The notes below the pieces were generated by a model that was not told the origin of the DNA, made no database searches, and was given only the letters and a program-made list of their open reading frames with translations. A program made the position numbers and the translations under genes. A stretch of 64,000 nt of DNA from an uncultured Clostridia bacterium (GTDB taxonomy: Bacteria > Bacillota > Clostridia > Christensenellales > UBA1242): positions 21,707 through 85,706 of the forward strand of contig CAKVHF010000005.1 in the NCBI GenBank assembly GCA_934748015.1. The letters run 5' to 3'. Positions 8,693 to 18,435 of the stretch are shown here, piece after piece; within the stretch, counting starts at the first letter, position 1, and every line of letters starts with the position of its first letter.

Positions 8693-8889
8693 GTTGGATA
8701 TTTGCAAAATTGCTAAAAATAGGCATTGTTGAGATGTCCAACAAGTTATTTCTTACTATTAAGTTGTTTTGCAAAAATACACTTTTCATAACACAAATAG
8801 TATGGCACAAAAAAGCCATTTTGCAAAATGATTTTACTGCTTTTTCACTTATTCATTATATTTTCAGTGTGTTGTACAGCAACATTGCA

Positions 8890-9645
8890 TTACTCGCTAT
8901 CGTCTAATGCACTGTCTTGGTGCGAATTGCATAGTGTCATGGATCTAACTAACTTTGCGCCTGCCTTATATAAGACATCAGCACATTCGTCAATAGTTGC
9001 ACCTGTTGTAAATATATCATCTACTATCAGGATATTCTTGTCCTTAACGCACTCCGGTCTTGTAACTTCAAAAGCACCTTTTACATTATTTCGTCTATCC
9101 TTCTTAGGCAGACTGGCTTGGTGGGGAGTATCCTTGATCCTAACTACAACATCGGTTGCTATTTTGTCATCTATCCCTTCCACTTCCTTTAGCATTAGTT
9201 CGGTCTGATTATAGCCTCTTGTTCTTAGTCTGACGCTATTTAGTGGGATAGGAATAACAATATCTGGCTCATAGTCTTTAACTACATCGCAATATAAGTC
9301 ATTCAACATTTTGCCTAAGGATACTGCTATGTGCTTTTTGCCATCATATTTCAACGCATGTATCATTTGTTTGACTTTGCCCGTATACACCAACGCACCA
9401 TAATTGCGATCAACAACATGCTTAACATATTGGCAATCGGAACAATATATTGTATCGGCAGTCACCCTTGCACCACACTTGGCACATGTTTTGCCGACCA
9501 AGAAATCAAACTGATCAATGCAATTATCACATACATGATATTTTGCATCATAACTTAACTCTTCGCCACACACTACACAAGTAATATTATTGGGGAATAT
9601 TGCATCGGATAGGCGATTGAGGAACTTATTCATCCATTTCTTCAT
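8890..9645 (-). CDS. comFC: ComF family protein (double zinc-ribbon plus phosphoribosyltransferase domain)
   Basis: CVVCGEE...CDNC...CAKCG...CSDC zinc-ribbon cysteines. PRTase signature ILIVDDIFTTGATI. Confidence 0.85.
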   Translation of the reverse strand: MKKWMNKFLNRLSDAIFPNNITCVVCGEELSYDAKYHVCDNCIDQFDFLVGKTCAKCGARVTADTIYCSDCQYVKHVVDRNYGALVYTGKVKQMIHALKYDGKKHIAVSLGKMLNDLYCDVVKDYEPDIVIPIPLNSVRLRTRGYNQTELMLKEVEGIDDKIATDVVVRIKDTPHQASLPKKDRRNNVKGAFEVTRPECVKDKNILIVDDIFTTGATIDECADVLYKAGAKLVRSMTLCNSHQDSALDDSE

Positions 9646-11881
9646 TGTCTAGTTCCACCTCATCCGTATCGCTTGTTCGTCCCAAAATTGTGTCGATATT
9701 GTCTAGAAAATGCTTAAGCATTGTGTATCTAACCTGTGTGTGATTGTTGTGAACCATGCGTGCAATACACTGTTTAGTTCCGACCAACACAACCATCTTC
9801 TTAGCCCTAGTAACTGCTGTATACAATAGGTTCTTAGTAAGTAGCATAGGTGGGCCAGACAAGACTGGGATCACTACTGCATCAAATTCACTACCTTGGC
9901 TCTTATGGATGGTGATTGCATAACTAAGTGTTAACTCGCTCAGTTCCGGCTTCATATACACACTGCGTCTACCGTCTTCGAAGTCAATAGTAACCTGATG
10001 TGTATTGATGTCTATCCCTGCTATAACGCCTATATCTCCGTTGAATACACCAGACCCGATTTCGCCAGTTGGCTTACGCCAAGTTCGCTCATAATTGTTA
10101 GTGATCTGCATTATTCTGTCGCCCTCACGGAATACACATTTATCCAACTGCAATTCCATTTTGCTAAGCGATTGTGGGTTAATCTTCTCTTGCAATTTCT
10201 CGTTAATATTGTCTATGCCTATCACCCCTGCCTTCATGGGTGCAAGCACCTGAATTTTGGATGAGTCCACACCTAAGAATTTAGGGATACGAGTTGTGCA
10301 CATTGTTACAATTGTATTAAGTACCCCCTCTTGCTCGGTCTGTTCGCTGAAGAAAAAATCCTTACTTTTATTATCTATTATAGGCATTTTGCCATTGTTG
10401 ATAGCATGTGCGTTGGTGATAATCAAACTGTCTCCACTCTGTCTATATATCTGTGTCAAGCATACTGTTTCGAACTGCTTGCTTGCCAAGATATCCGCTA
10501 GCACATTGCCACAACCTACGCTTGCAAGTTGGTCCTTATCACCCACCAGAATAAGTTGTGTGCCTTGCCTCAATGCACGTGTAAGATAATACATCAATTG
10601 TATATCCACCATGCTGACCTCATCGATAATAATAACATCATATGGCAACTTATTCATATTGTTGTAATAGAACATATTTGCATTGGTGTAATCCAGCTCC
10701 AAGGCTCTGTGGATAGTCATTGCTTCCATGCCAGTGCTCTCGCTCAACCTCTTAGATGCTCTGCCTGTTGGTGCAAGCAAAAGTGTTCTTTTTCGCATAC
10801 TTTTGCATATCTGCAATATACATTTTACAATTGTCGTTTTGCCTGTTCCTGGGCCACCGGTGATGACCGATACTCCACTGCCTACTGCGACCTTAACTGC
10901 TTCTTTTTGGTTAGCATGCATGGTTATCTTGTTAAGCAGTTCGTACATCTTGATCTCATCATCTACATCCATATTGGACTTGTCCACACACGTGTCCAAC
11001 AACTGTAGCATAACAGCAACGCTCTTCTCCATGTTATAATACTTGCTTAAGGCAACACATTCTAGATCATCTTGTGAAAAGTATTTTACCACGCCATCTA
11101 GCACCAATTGCTCTACGACATGTAGCAGTCCATCGTGTTCAATCTCTTGCTTAAGCAAGCCAACCAACTCATTCTGCAAGTTCTCAAAATGTATATATGT
11201 GTGACCACCTCTGTCACTATTGTCCTTAAGGACATGCAATATTCCAGCACGCATCCTGTATTCGCTATCCGGCTCTATACCCATGCTCTGTGCAATCTTG
11301 TCTGCTGTGTGAAAACCTATCCCCTCAATGTCCTCAACCAATCTATATGGGTTATCTTGCATATATTGCTGTGTCTTCTCGCCATAACGATTGTATATCT
11401 TGATAGCAAGATTGGTGGATATGGAATATTGTTGCAAAAAGATGATTGTGTTCTGCATCTTCTTGATACTCCCAAATTGTTCTGCTATCTCCATCGCCTT
11501 ATTCTCGCTTATGCCACGAACCTCTTTCAGTCGCTCTGGCGTAAACTCTATGATGTCTAACGTGTCTTTGCCGAACTTGTCTACAATATTGCTAGCAGTA
11601 ACTGGGCCGATACCCTTGATAAGTCCACTGCTAAGATACTTGATAATACCCTCACATGTATTGGGTGGTGTGATCTTAACATTGCGTACACTAAATTGCT
11701 CACCATATCTAGCATGCTTAGTGTACATGCCCTCAACCTCTACGCATTCTCCCTCACAGACATTAGGAAATTTGCCAACGGCACATACATCGCTTCCGTT
11801 GACATCTAGCATACATACAGTATAGTTATTATCTGTATTTCTATATATTATCTCTTGTACTATTCCATTAAGTTTTATCAT
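9626..11881 (-). CDS. recD2: RecD2-type SF1 helicase (RecD/TraA family)
   Basis: Walker A GGPGTGKTT, DEVSMVD, LVGDKDQLASVG, HKSQGSEF and YTAVTRAKK motifs, with N-terminal HhH region. Start set to ATG 11881 (MIKLNGIV...). Overlaps comFC by 20 nt. Confidence 0.88.
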   Translation of the reverse strand: MIKLNGIVQEIIYRNTDNNYTVCMLDVNGSDVCAVGKFPNVCEGECVEVEGMYTKHARYGEQFSVRNVKITPPNTCEGIIKYLSSGLIKGIGPVTASNIVDKFGKDTLDIIEFTPERLKEVRGISENKAMEIAEQFGSIKKMQNTIIFLQQYSISTNLAIKIYNRYGEKTQQYMQDNPYRLVEDIEGIGFHTADKIAQSMGIEPDSEYRMRAGILHVLKDNSDRGGHTYIHFENLQNELVGLLKQEIEHDGLLHVVEQLVLDGVVKYFSQDDLECVALSKYYNMEKSVAVMLQLLDTCVDKSNMDVDDEIKMYELLNKITMHANQKEAVKVAVGSGVSVITGGPGTGKTTIVKCILQICKSMRKRTLLLAPTGRASKRLSESTGMEAMTIHRALELDYTNANMFYYNNMNKLPYDVIIIDEVSMVDIQLMYYLTRALRQGTQLILVGDKDQLASVGCGNVLADILASKQFETVCLTQIYRQSGDSLIITNAHAINNGKMPIIDNKSKDFFFSEQTEQEGVLNTIVTMCTTRIPKFLGVDSSKIQVLAPMKAGVIGIDNINEKLQEKINPQSLSKMELQLDKCVFREGDRIMQITNNYERTWRKPTGEIGSGVFNGDIGVIAGIDINTHQVTIDFEDGRRSVYMKPELSELTLSYAITIHKSQGSEFDAVVIPVLSGPPMLLTKNLLYTAVTRAKKMVVLVGTKQCIARMVHNNHTQVRYTMLKHFLDNIDTILGRTSDTDEVELDNEEMDE

Positions 11882-12111
11882 AAATATGCCACATCCATTA
11901 TTCTGCCATAATTGTAGCAAAGTAATCAAAAATAATCAAGTAATAAAAGATGTGTTATCAAACAAATGTGCGAAAAATTGAAAATTTTGAAACTTGCCCA
12001 TATTTATTTGCTAATATATCACCCAAATGGTGTAAAATATATATGTAATGCAAATAACTTAAAAAAGCCAATCAAATCCCATCATGGCATTACAAAAAGG
12101 AAAATAAAATT

Positions 12112-12666
12112 ATGATTATTACAATATCTGGAAAATCTGGCAGTGGCAAGTCTACACTAAGCGAAATGCTACGAAAAGATCTAACCGATGCAATACACCT
12201 AGATATTGACGAACTTAACGGCGATCTTATGAAGACCAAGCCTGTCATTGCTATGGCAAAAGAGATCTTTGGGGATAACGCTATCAATGACGGCAAACTA
12301 GACAAGCAGTACATCTTGGATACAATCTCGACCGATAAAATCAAATACACCCAATGGACAGACTATATGAAAAATGCTTGTTACAACTTTGTTAAGCAAT
12401 TTGTAGACAAAACAACTTTTGCATACTATATAATAGATCACCTAAATGCAGGCATTTGGGACTTTGGCAAAGATGCAGTAAATATCAACTGCATAGCCGA
12501 CCTAGGGCTTAGATTAGACAGATTGCAGAAGAGGGAAAATATCTCAAAAGAGTGTCTAGATTTTCGTGACAAAAACCACATAGAAACCGATGCCGATATC
12601 AACTACACCCAAGACAATTACTCCGAGGTGCTAGACTACATTGTCGCAAGAATAAATAATAAATAA
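12112..12666 (+). CDS. coaE: P-loop kinase, dephospho-CoA kinase-like
   Basis: MIITISGKSGSGKSTLS P-loop followed by DIDEL...FG...INDGKLDK..., a pattern resembling CoaE. The assignment rests on motif pattern only. Confidence 0.5.
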   Translation: MIITISGKSGSGKSTLSEMLRKDLTDAIHLDIDELNGDLMKTKPVIAMAKEIFGDNAINDGKLDKQYILDTISTDKIKYTQWTDYMKNACYNFVKQFVDKTTFAYYIIDHLNAGIWDFGKDAVNINCIADLGLRLDRLQKRENISKECLDFRDKNHIETDADINYTQDNYSEVLDYIVARINNK

Positions 12667-12670
12667 AAAC

Positions 12671-12798
12671 TAGTTAGATAGACAGGTAGATAAATAGTAA
12701 GTTAGTGAGATAGTTAGTTGATTGATTAATTAGTTAATGAAATAAATAATTAGATAAATATGTAAATAAGTGAGTATGTAACTAACTAAATTACTAAA
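12671..12798. repeat. 16 consecutive degenerate octamers (TAGNTARN-like), strongly strand-asymmetric
   Basis: Splits cleanly into 8-mers: tagttaga tagacagg tagataaa tagtaagt tagtgaga tagttagt tgattgat taattagt taatgaaa taaataat tagataaa tatgtaaa taagtgag tatgtaac taactaaa ttactaaa. By my count the top strand has 23 G and 4 C. Confidence 0.85.
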
Positions 12799-12821
12799 AC
12801 AACATCCAATAAAACTGAAAT

Positions 12822-12861
12822 AAAAAATACACTAGAAAATTAAAATCTAGTGTATTTTTTT
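12822..12861. terminator. bidirectional terminator hairpin, copy 1 of a repeated element
   Basis: AAAAAATACACTAG-aaaattaaaat-CTAGTGTATTTTTTT between convergent genes. The arms are identical to those of the hairpin at 21306-21342. Confidence 0.75.
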
Positions 12862-12902
12862 GTGCCTATCTTTGTGAATTGTACACATTTATAAATTACG
12901 AT

Positions 12903-14417
12903 TTATGATCTTGTCCAATTATAGGAAGAATATGTTGTAGTTAACAACTTTGCATTAGCTGCATAATCGGTATCAGATAATGCAATAGATTTTTTATTTC
13001 CAGATATATCAACTTTCCAACCACTAATATTTTCAAACTTAGCACTGGTTAATGTTGATCCAAAGGCAGATGCTGATATTTTGGTTACACTTCTTGGAAT
13101 TACAATGCTTGTTAGTAATGTACATCCATCAAACTCGTCCAATCCAATTTCTGTACTGTCATAAGATAGCGTCACAGCTGTCAACTTACTACACCCATTA
13201 AAATTAAGAGCATTTCCACTTACTATTTTTACTGCTAAAGATATAGTTGACAACTTACTACATCCCCAGAATGTACCGCCATTGATTTGCACTACATGGT
13301 TGCTTCCTCCACCAACTACTTGTGTTAGATTAGAACATCCCCAGAATGTGCCTGCACTAAAAGAAGTTATTGATCTTGGAATATATGCTGAAGTTATTGC
13401 CTTGTTAATTATACCGCTACCCATTGAACTACCTGATGTACCAGTAACTGGCTTTACACCATTAGTACCATTATACACATCTGGGATAATCATAATAGTA
13501 TCGGTGCCAGTGTAACCTGTCACTTTATAACTATCTGTAGCAGTGTCGTAGGAATACGCCAATCCACTTGTTGTAGAGCTCCTAAACAAAGGATACAACT
13601 TAGTGCTGGCAGTTGGAATAATTGGGAAAGTAGCTGGTTGTTGACAATTAAAGTCTAGATACCAACCCAAAAATACACTCTCCTCTATCATTGGATACTC
13701 TGGTTCTACATTCTCTACACCTATTACTAGTTGCAGACTTTCCATAGTGGACTTGTTGTATAATTTAGAATTAGTAGTATCAACAACTATTGCCTCTGTA
13801 GATCCATCACCCTTAGACAATGTCCAGCCAAAATCACCATTGAATTGCATATTATACAAAAGTTCCTTAATAGAAACAATTACATATACATATCTCTTAG
13901 TTCCAGCAGGAAGTGCAAGTGTACTATAAGTCTCGTTGTCAGAAGATGCGTTAGCACCCAACTGAGTAGAAGAGGACTTGTATGTTAGTTTTGCATTATC
14001 CTTGCCGGACTTGTCTGTAGGGACAACAACTGTGCCATCTACTACGGTCTGATCTATAGTTGCGGAAATCTCTGTGGACATGTTAGTAAAGATATACTCG
14101 TATATTATTCTATCATTCTCTGCCGAAAGATTAACAACGCTAACATTGCTAGGTTGGTTAAGCGATCCTGTTTCTTGCTTAGGTTTCAACTCGATAAATG
14201 TCTTATTGTCGCTAGTCACCATTGCTGTGGCTACACCACCTACATAGTAGTTAGCCTCTACCTTGACACTAACATCATTACTGACATATTTTACATTAAC
14301 GTTAGATGTTGCTCTCTGACTACCCACAACCAGTGCTACAACTAGTGATGCTGTAGAGATCACGAACATTGCAACCAATACAATAATTGCTATTGTCATT
14401 TTTTTGCGTTGTGTCAT
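12903..14417 (-). CDS. membrane-anchored surface protein, paralogue 2
   Basis: Same N-terminal architecture as paralogues 1 and 3 (TM, VKYVSNDVSVKVEANYYVGG, IIYEYIFTNMS, RYVYVIVSI, FNGDFGWTLSKG, FLGWY...LYPLF). The LRR region is short and degenerate. Tail is GWKV...YNWTRS. GGAGAG SD precedes ATG 14417. Confidence 0.8.
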   Translation of the reverse strand: MTQRKKMTIAIIVLVAMFVISTASLVVALVVGSQRATSNVNVKYVSNDVSVKVEANYYVGGVATAMVTSDNKTFIELKPKQETGSLNQPSNVSVVNLSAENDRIIYEYIFTNMSTEISATIDQTVVDGTVVVPTDKSGKDNAKLTYKSSSTQLGANASSDNETYSTLALPAGTKRYVYVIVSIKELLYNMQFNGDFGWTLSKGDGSTEAIVVDTTNSKLYNKSTMESLQLVIGVENVEPEYPMIEESVFLGWYLDFNCQQPATFPIIPTASTKLYPLFRSSTTSGLAYSYDTATDSYKVTGYTGTDTIMIIPDVYNGTNGVKPVTGTSGSSMGSGIINKAITSAYIPRSITSFSAGTFWGCSNLTQVVGGGSNHVVQINGGTFWGCSKLSTISLAVKIVSGNALNFNGCSKLTAVTLSYDSTEIGLDEFDGCTLLTSIVIPRSVTKISASAFGSTLTSAKFENISGWKVDISGNKKSIALSDTDYAANAKLLTTTYSSYNWTRS

Positions 14418-14612
14418 TATCTTCTCTCCTTCTATAATTATTGCTATATTATTGATTTGTACTATATCTATGCTTACTTAGCAACTTATATTGCTTCACA
14501 TTGCATCTTTGTATAGACAACATTTCTTATTATAATACTATTATCAATAATATTTTAAACAATATTATGTTATTTAGTCAAACGATTTTGATTACAATTG
14601 AAGCAATATTAG

Positions 14613-14646
14613 CAAAAAAAATATTCTATGGCATCAACCACAGAAT
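14613..14646 (-). terminator. intrinsic terminator after the SDR gene
   Basis: ATTCTGTGG / CCATAGAAT hairpin followed by a U-run on the minus strand. Confidence 0.65.
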
Positions 14647-14660
14647 ATATTATTTGATGA

Positions 14661-15464
14661 TTAGAAATACATTTTCCTTACAGCCCATTCTCGCATTTTG
14701 CGTGGCATAAGGCTAAGTAGGAATGAAAACAACTTGTACTTGCCACCTATTACATTTCGTACACGATAGTGTTTTTTTAGTGAAATTTTGTATATTTTGC
14801 CAGCAACATAGTCAGCTGTCATGCCACCTTGTTCGTCTCTTTCCATCTGTCCGACACACTTGGTGCACACCTTGCTATAGGGGTCATCTTCGTTCAGATT
14901 CTGCTTGTCTCTTGCTCCTGTAAAGCCAGTCTTGACATCACCCGGATGTACACTAAGTATCTGTACCCCAAAACTCTTAACCTCTGACCTAGTTGCATCC
15001 ACAAGGCTATCTAGTGCAGACTTGCTTGCCGAATAGAATGCTTGGAAAGGAAGGGGTACGAAACTAGCAACCGAACTGGTACAGATTATTCTGCCATAAC
15101 CCTGCTTACGCATAATTGCAATTGATGCCTTAATAACATTGAATGAACCTAAGAAGTTGATGTTCATTATCTTTCTTACGTCTTCGATGTCCGCAGTTTC
15201 TACCGGCCCACTTATTCCTATGCCAGCATTGGATACAACTATGTCGATTTTGCCTTCTTTCTCGGCTATTTCATCTATAATCTCGGTTATCCTTTCACTA
15301 CTTGTAACATCAGCACTATAGTATATCATTCCATCTAGTTGAAACGCTTTACGACCTATTCCATACACTATGTCATTGGAGGCAATATACTTCTTAGCCA
15401 GTGCTAGCCCTATACCGCTAGAAGCACCAGTAATAATAACGACTTTGTTATCCGCTTTTTTCAT
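14661..15464 (-). CDS. short-chain dehydrogenase/reductase (SDR)
   Basis: VVIITGASSGIGLALA cofactor motif, NAG, and YSASK catalytic motif. It abuts the upstream gene with no gap. Confidence 0.85.
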   Translation of the reverse strand: MKKADNKVVIITGASSGIGLALAKKYIASNDIVYGIGRKAFQLDGMIYYSADVTSSERITEIIDEIAEKEGKIDIVVSNAGIGISGPVETADIEDVRKIMNINFLGSFNVIKASIAIMRKQGYGRIICTSSVASFVPLPFQAFYSASKSALDSLVDATRSEVKSFGVQILSVHPGDVKTGFTGARDKQNLNEDDPYSKVCTKCVGQMERDEQGGMTADYVAGKIYKISLKKHYRVRNVIGGKYKLFSFLLSLMPRKMREWAVRKMYF

Positions 15465-16754
15465 TTATTCCTCTTTGTTTATTGAAATATTTCCTGTATT
15501 TACAACTTTGGAATTTTTGCCATTTCTAACAGAATTGCAAACAGTAAAAATCAGCCCTATGAATATAATTCCATAATAAGTAAACAATCTCCAGAAAAGC
15601 ATTGCCCAGAATTGCATGTCGCTCTTGAAAAATAGGCTAAACATACCCATGAAAGATAGTTCTGCAGCACCTGATCCACCAGGAAGTGGAACTAGGCTAA
15701 CCGCTGCATCACATAGGACTGACAACGCAACCATCTGCATCCATCCAGCAAGCTCCATTGTACCCTCTAGATAGTATGCATAGTTGAATGCAAGATAGAT
15801 AAAGTATGCAATTGTTGCATTAAGTATAATATTGAACATACCCAAGAATATCTGAATAATTGTGTTAAGAGGGTTTTTTAAGCTTTTCTTTATGCACAAC
15901 TGGTAGTTGTCAAAAGTCTTATGTGCTTTCTCATACGCTTTGTCATAATTCTTGATAATATGCATCTTGTGAAACAATTTCAAGAAGCCATTAAGTATTT
16001 TGCTACCTAGTTTGTTGTTAAATGACATCAACATTACAAACGAGAATAGCAAAATATTGCCTATTATTCCGAACCAAGCAAGATACCTAACAATGTTGGC
16101 TATATTGGTTATTTTAACTGGTGTCAAAACAACAATAATTGCAATAATACAGAAAGACATCTGCCAATATAGATATTTAGCAAGTGGAATACCTGTGGCG
16201 TTATCTCCGCTAAAACCATTTTTGCTTAAATGATAGATCTGGAATGGCTGACCACCCGAACCAAATGGAGTGATACAGTCCCAATATCTGCCAATTACGC
16301 CGTTTTCTAGCGCAATAATAGGTCTAAATTGACCAGTCGTTGTCTTGATGATCAATAATATCTTCAAGCCCTCAACCAGCAAGCATACTATCATTGCCCC
16401 AAGTGCTAGAAATAGAAATCTATAATATGGTGCTTCGGCAAATAGTTCGCCTAATGGTTTCAATCCGCCATCTACACTTTGCTTAACAAATATGGCTGAA
16501 ACTATCACAATGTTAAGTATGATAAATAGCCAACTAAGTAACTGCTTATTTATTTTCTTCTTTTTCTTAGGTTTAACTTCATTCGCAGTCTCTTCATTTA
16601 CAATCGTGTTCTCGGTTGTTGCATCCTCGTACACATCTTGTGGAAGTATCTTAATCCTAGAAAAAACAGTCGCATCTTCCGACTCAAAGTTCTTTTTTAA
16701 CTTAAGATTAACTATAACCTGCTTTAGACTTTTTTTCGTTTCTTTATTTTTCAT
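15465..16754 (-). CDS. flippase-like membrane protein (LPG-synthase TM / UPF0104-type domain)
   Basis: 429 aa. A Lys-rich cytoplasmic N-region is followed by about 8 TM segments with a PLPGGSGAAE motif typical of this family. Confidence 0.6.
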   Translation of the reverse strand: MKNKETKKSLKQVIVNLKLKKNFESEDATVFSRIKILPQDVYEDATTENTIVNEETANEVKPKKKKKINKQLLSWLFIILNIVIVSAIFVKQSVDGGLKPLGELFAEAPYYRFLFLALGAMIVCLLVEGLKILLIIKTTTGQFRPIIALENGVIGRYWDCITPFGSGGQPFQIYHLSKNGFSGDNATGIPLAKYLYWQMSFCIIAIIVVLTPVKITNIANIVRYLAWFGIIGNILLFSFVMLMSFNNKLGSKILNGFLKLFHKMHIIKNYDKAYEKAHKTFDNYQLCIKKSLKNPLNTIIQIFLGMFNIILNATIAYFIYLAFNYAYYLEGTMELAGWMQMVALSVLCDAAVSLVPLPGGSGAAELSFMGMFSLFFKSDMQFWAMLFWRLFTYYGIIFIGLIFTVCNSVRNGKNSKVVNTGNISINKEE

Positions 16755-16976
16755 ATTCTTATCTACTTTTTTATCTCAATGGTTGTATGACTTTGCTAGC
16801 ATATTGTATTGTAGCATAGTTTCTCTTTGCAACCTCAAACACTCCTACCCTGCACAAAATATCTCACAAATATTATTACAATCTCTTATATATCTCTTAT
16901 GCAAGTATAACACAAAATATTGTTAATGCAAAAAACATTTGGACATTATTTCAAGACATATCTGACAAAATATCTG

Positions 16977-18116
16977 TTATTTCTTGCCAATAAGTACAAG
17001 GGGGACTTCCACTTCCTCTCTCGTCAGTCCAGAATGATGTCCCTTGAACTTAATAAGATTCTCGTCACTGCCATGTGTTGTGTACTGTATTATGCTATTG
17101 CCGTAACCTATTGCGACAAAGTCACCAATGTATTTATCCACTAGGTCGCTCTTAGTCCCAAATAGTTTCTTCTTCTGGATAGTTTCCTTGGTGTATAGCA
17201 GAAATTCGTTGCCAAAATACTTCATAAATAGTTTGTAAAATTGCACCCTTTTGCCCGGCTTAACATTGAAGCCGATTGTTCTAGCATCCAGATATGGCGG
17301 ATTGACCAAAAGATCACACAGATCCTTATATTGATGTAGATATATCCTATTCTTGATCTCAATCTGTCCATGATCGGCACATATTATAACCAATGTATCA
17401 TCCACCTCGTCCATTAGTTTGGCAACAGATGTATTGATTGTCTTTACAAACTTGTTTGCTTCCGTGCTATATGGTCCAAACTCGTGCATAATTCCATCAG
17501 GATTAGGGTTGTAACAGAACACAAAATTACTTTTGTCATTATCGCATATCTTTTTGATATTTCTAAACATTCCATTAAGTGTCTTGTATGGTTTACTATT
17601 CCCAGGCACAGGCAGATTGTCTGGATACACTAGGGTTACTTCGCACTTGCCCTTCTTGGTGATCTTGTCAAAAATCCTCTTGGTTGGAATGGTTCTTGCA
17701 ATATAACCTGTGTCATCTAGTTTGACCTGGTCATAAGACTCCATTGCTGTAAATAGATCTACCACCTTGTCAATATCTGCAAAATACATATTCCAGCCTA
17801 ACCAGCCGTGTTCACTAGGATAACTGCATGTAGTATAAGTTGTAGTGGATGCAGTTGTAGTTGGTGGAAACACACTGTGCAAAATTTCTGCTGTGTGAGA
17901 ACGAATTATATCATCACTATTTAAGTGCTTATTCATTATATTTTTGCCAAAGCCGTCAAAAAGGATAAATACAACATTTTTGTATTTTTTCTTCAACTCT
18001 TTTTTTAGCACAGCACTCTTAGGATATTCATTTTTTACCCCATAATATTCCATGATAGTTGCAGGAATATTGATAACCGAATGCTTGTAATTTGGCTTAA
18101 ATATTTTGTTCATCAC
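16977..18116 (-). CDS. alkaline-phosphatase superfamily protein (type I phosphodiesterase / nucleotide pyrophosphatase-like)
   Basis: FILFDGFG metal-ligand motif, FPPTTTASTTTYTTCSYPSEHGW nucleophile region, CADHGQ. No signal peptide. Confidence 0.7.
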   Translation of the reverse strand: MMNKIFKPNYKHSVINIPATIMEYYGVKNEYPKSAVLKKELKKKYKNVVFILFDGFGKNIMNKHLNSDDIIRSHTAEILHSVFPPTTTASTTTYTTCSYPSEHGWLGWNMYFADIDKVVDLFTAMESYDQVKLDDTGYIARTIPTKRIFDKITKKGKCEVTLVYPDNLPVPGNSKPYKTLNGMFRNIKKICDNDKSNFVFCYNPNPDGIMHEFGPYSTEANKFVKTINTSVAKLMDEVDDTLVIICADHGQIEIKNRIYLHQYKDLCDLLVNPPYLDARTIGFNVKPGKRVQFYKLFMKYFGNEFLLYTKETIQKKKLFGTKSDLVDKYIGDFVAIGYGNSIIQYTTHGSDENLIKFKGHHSGLTREEVEVPLVLIGKK

Positions 18117-18435
18117 TTATCCTTTTTTTGTTATTTTATACACTATATGCTTTTGTATAATTTGGCTATATATAGGTGTTTTATCGTGTTATGCAAAAGT
18201 TGAGAAGATAATCTAATATACACATGAAATATGTAATAACAATTGTCATATTTTTGACATAATTTGTTTTAAATTATGACTTGCAAATTGTTATGACAAA
18301 AAAATTTCTTTTCAAGCAAAGTCTTGACTACTAGACAACAAAAAAAACACCACTTTGTCACCATATATATTAACAAAATAATACATTATAGGCAACCAAA
18401 AGCGGTGCTTATATTTATTTAGGGGAAAATTTGTC

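Noticed and set aside
12671-12798. Possible CRISPR-like or synthetic three-frame stop cassette
   Set aside because: The 8-nt unit has no spacers, so it is far too short for CRISPR. There are no cas genes. The degeneracy looks natural rather than engineered. It is retained as a repeat finding instead.
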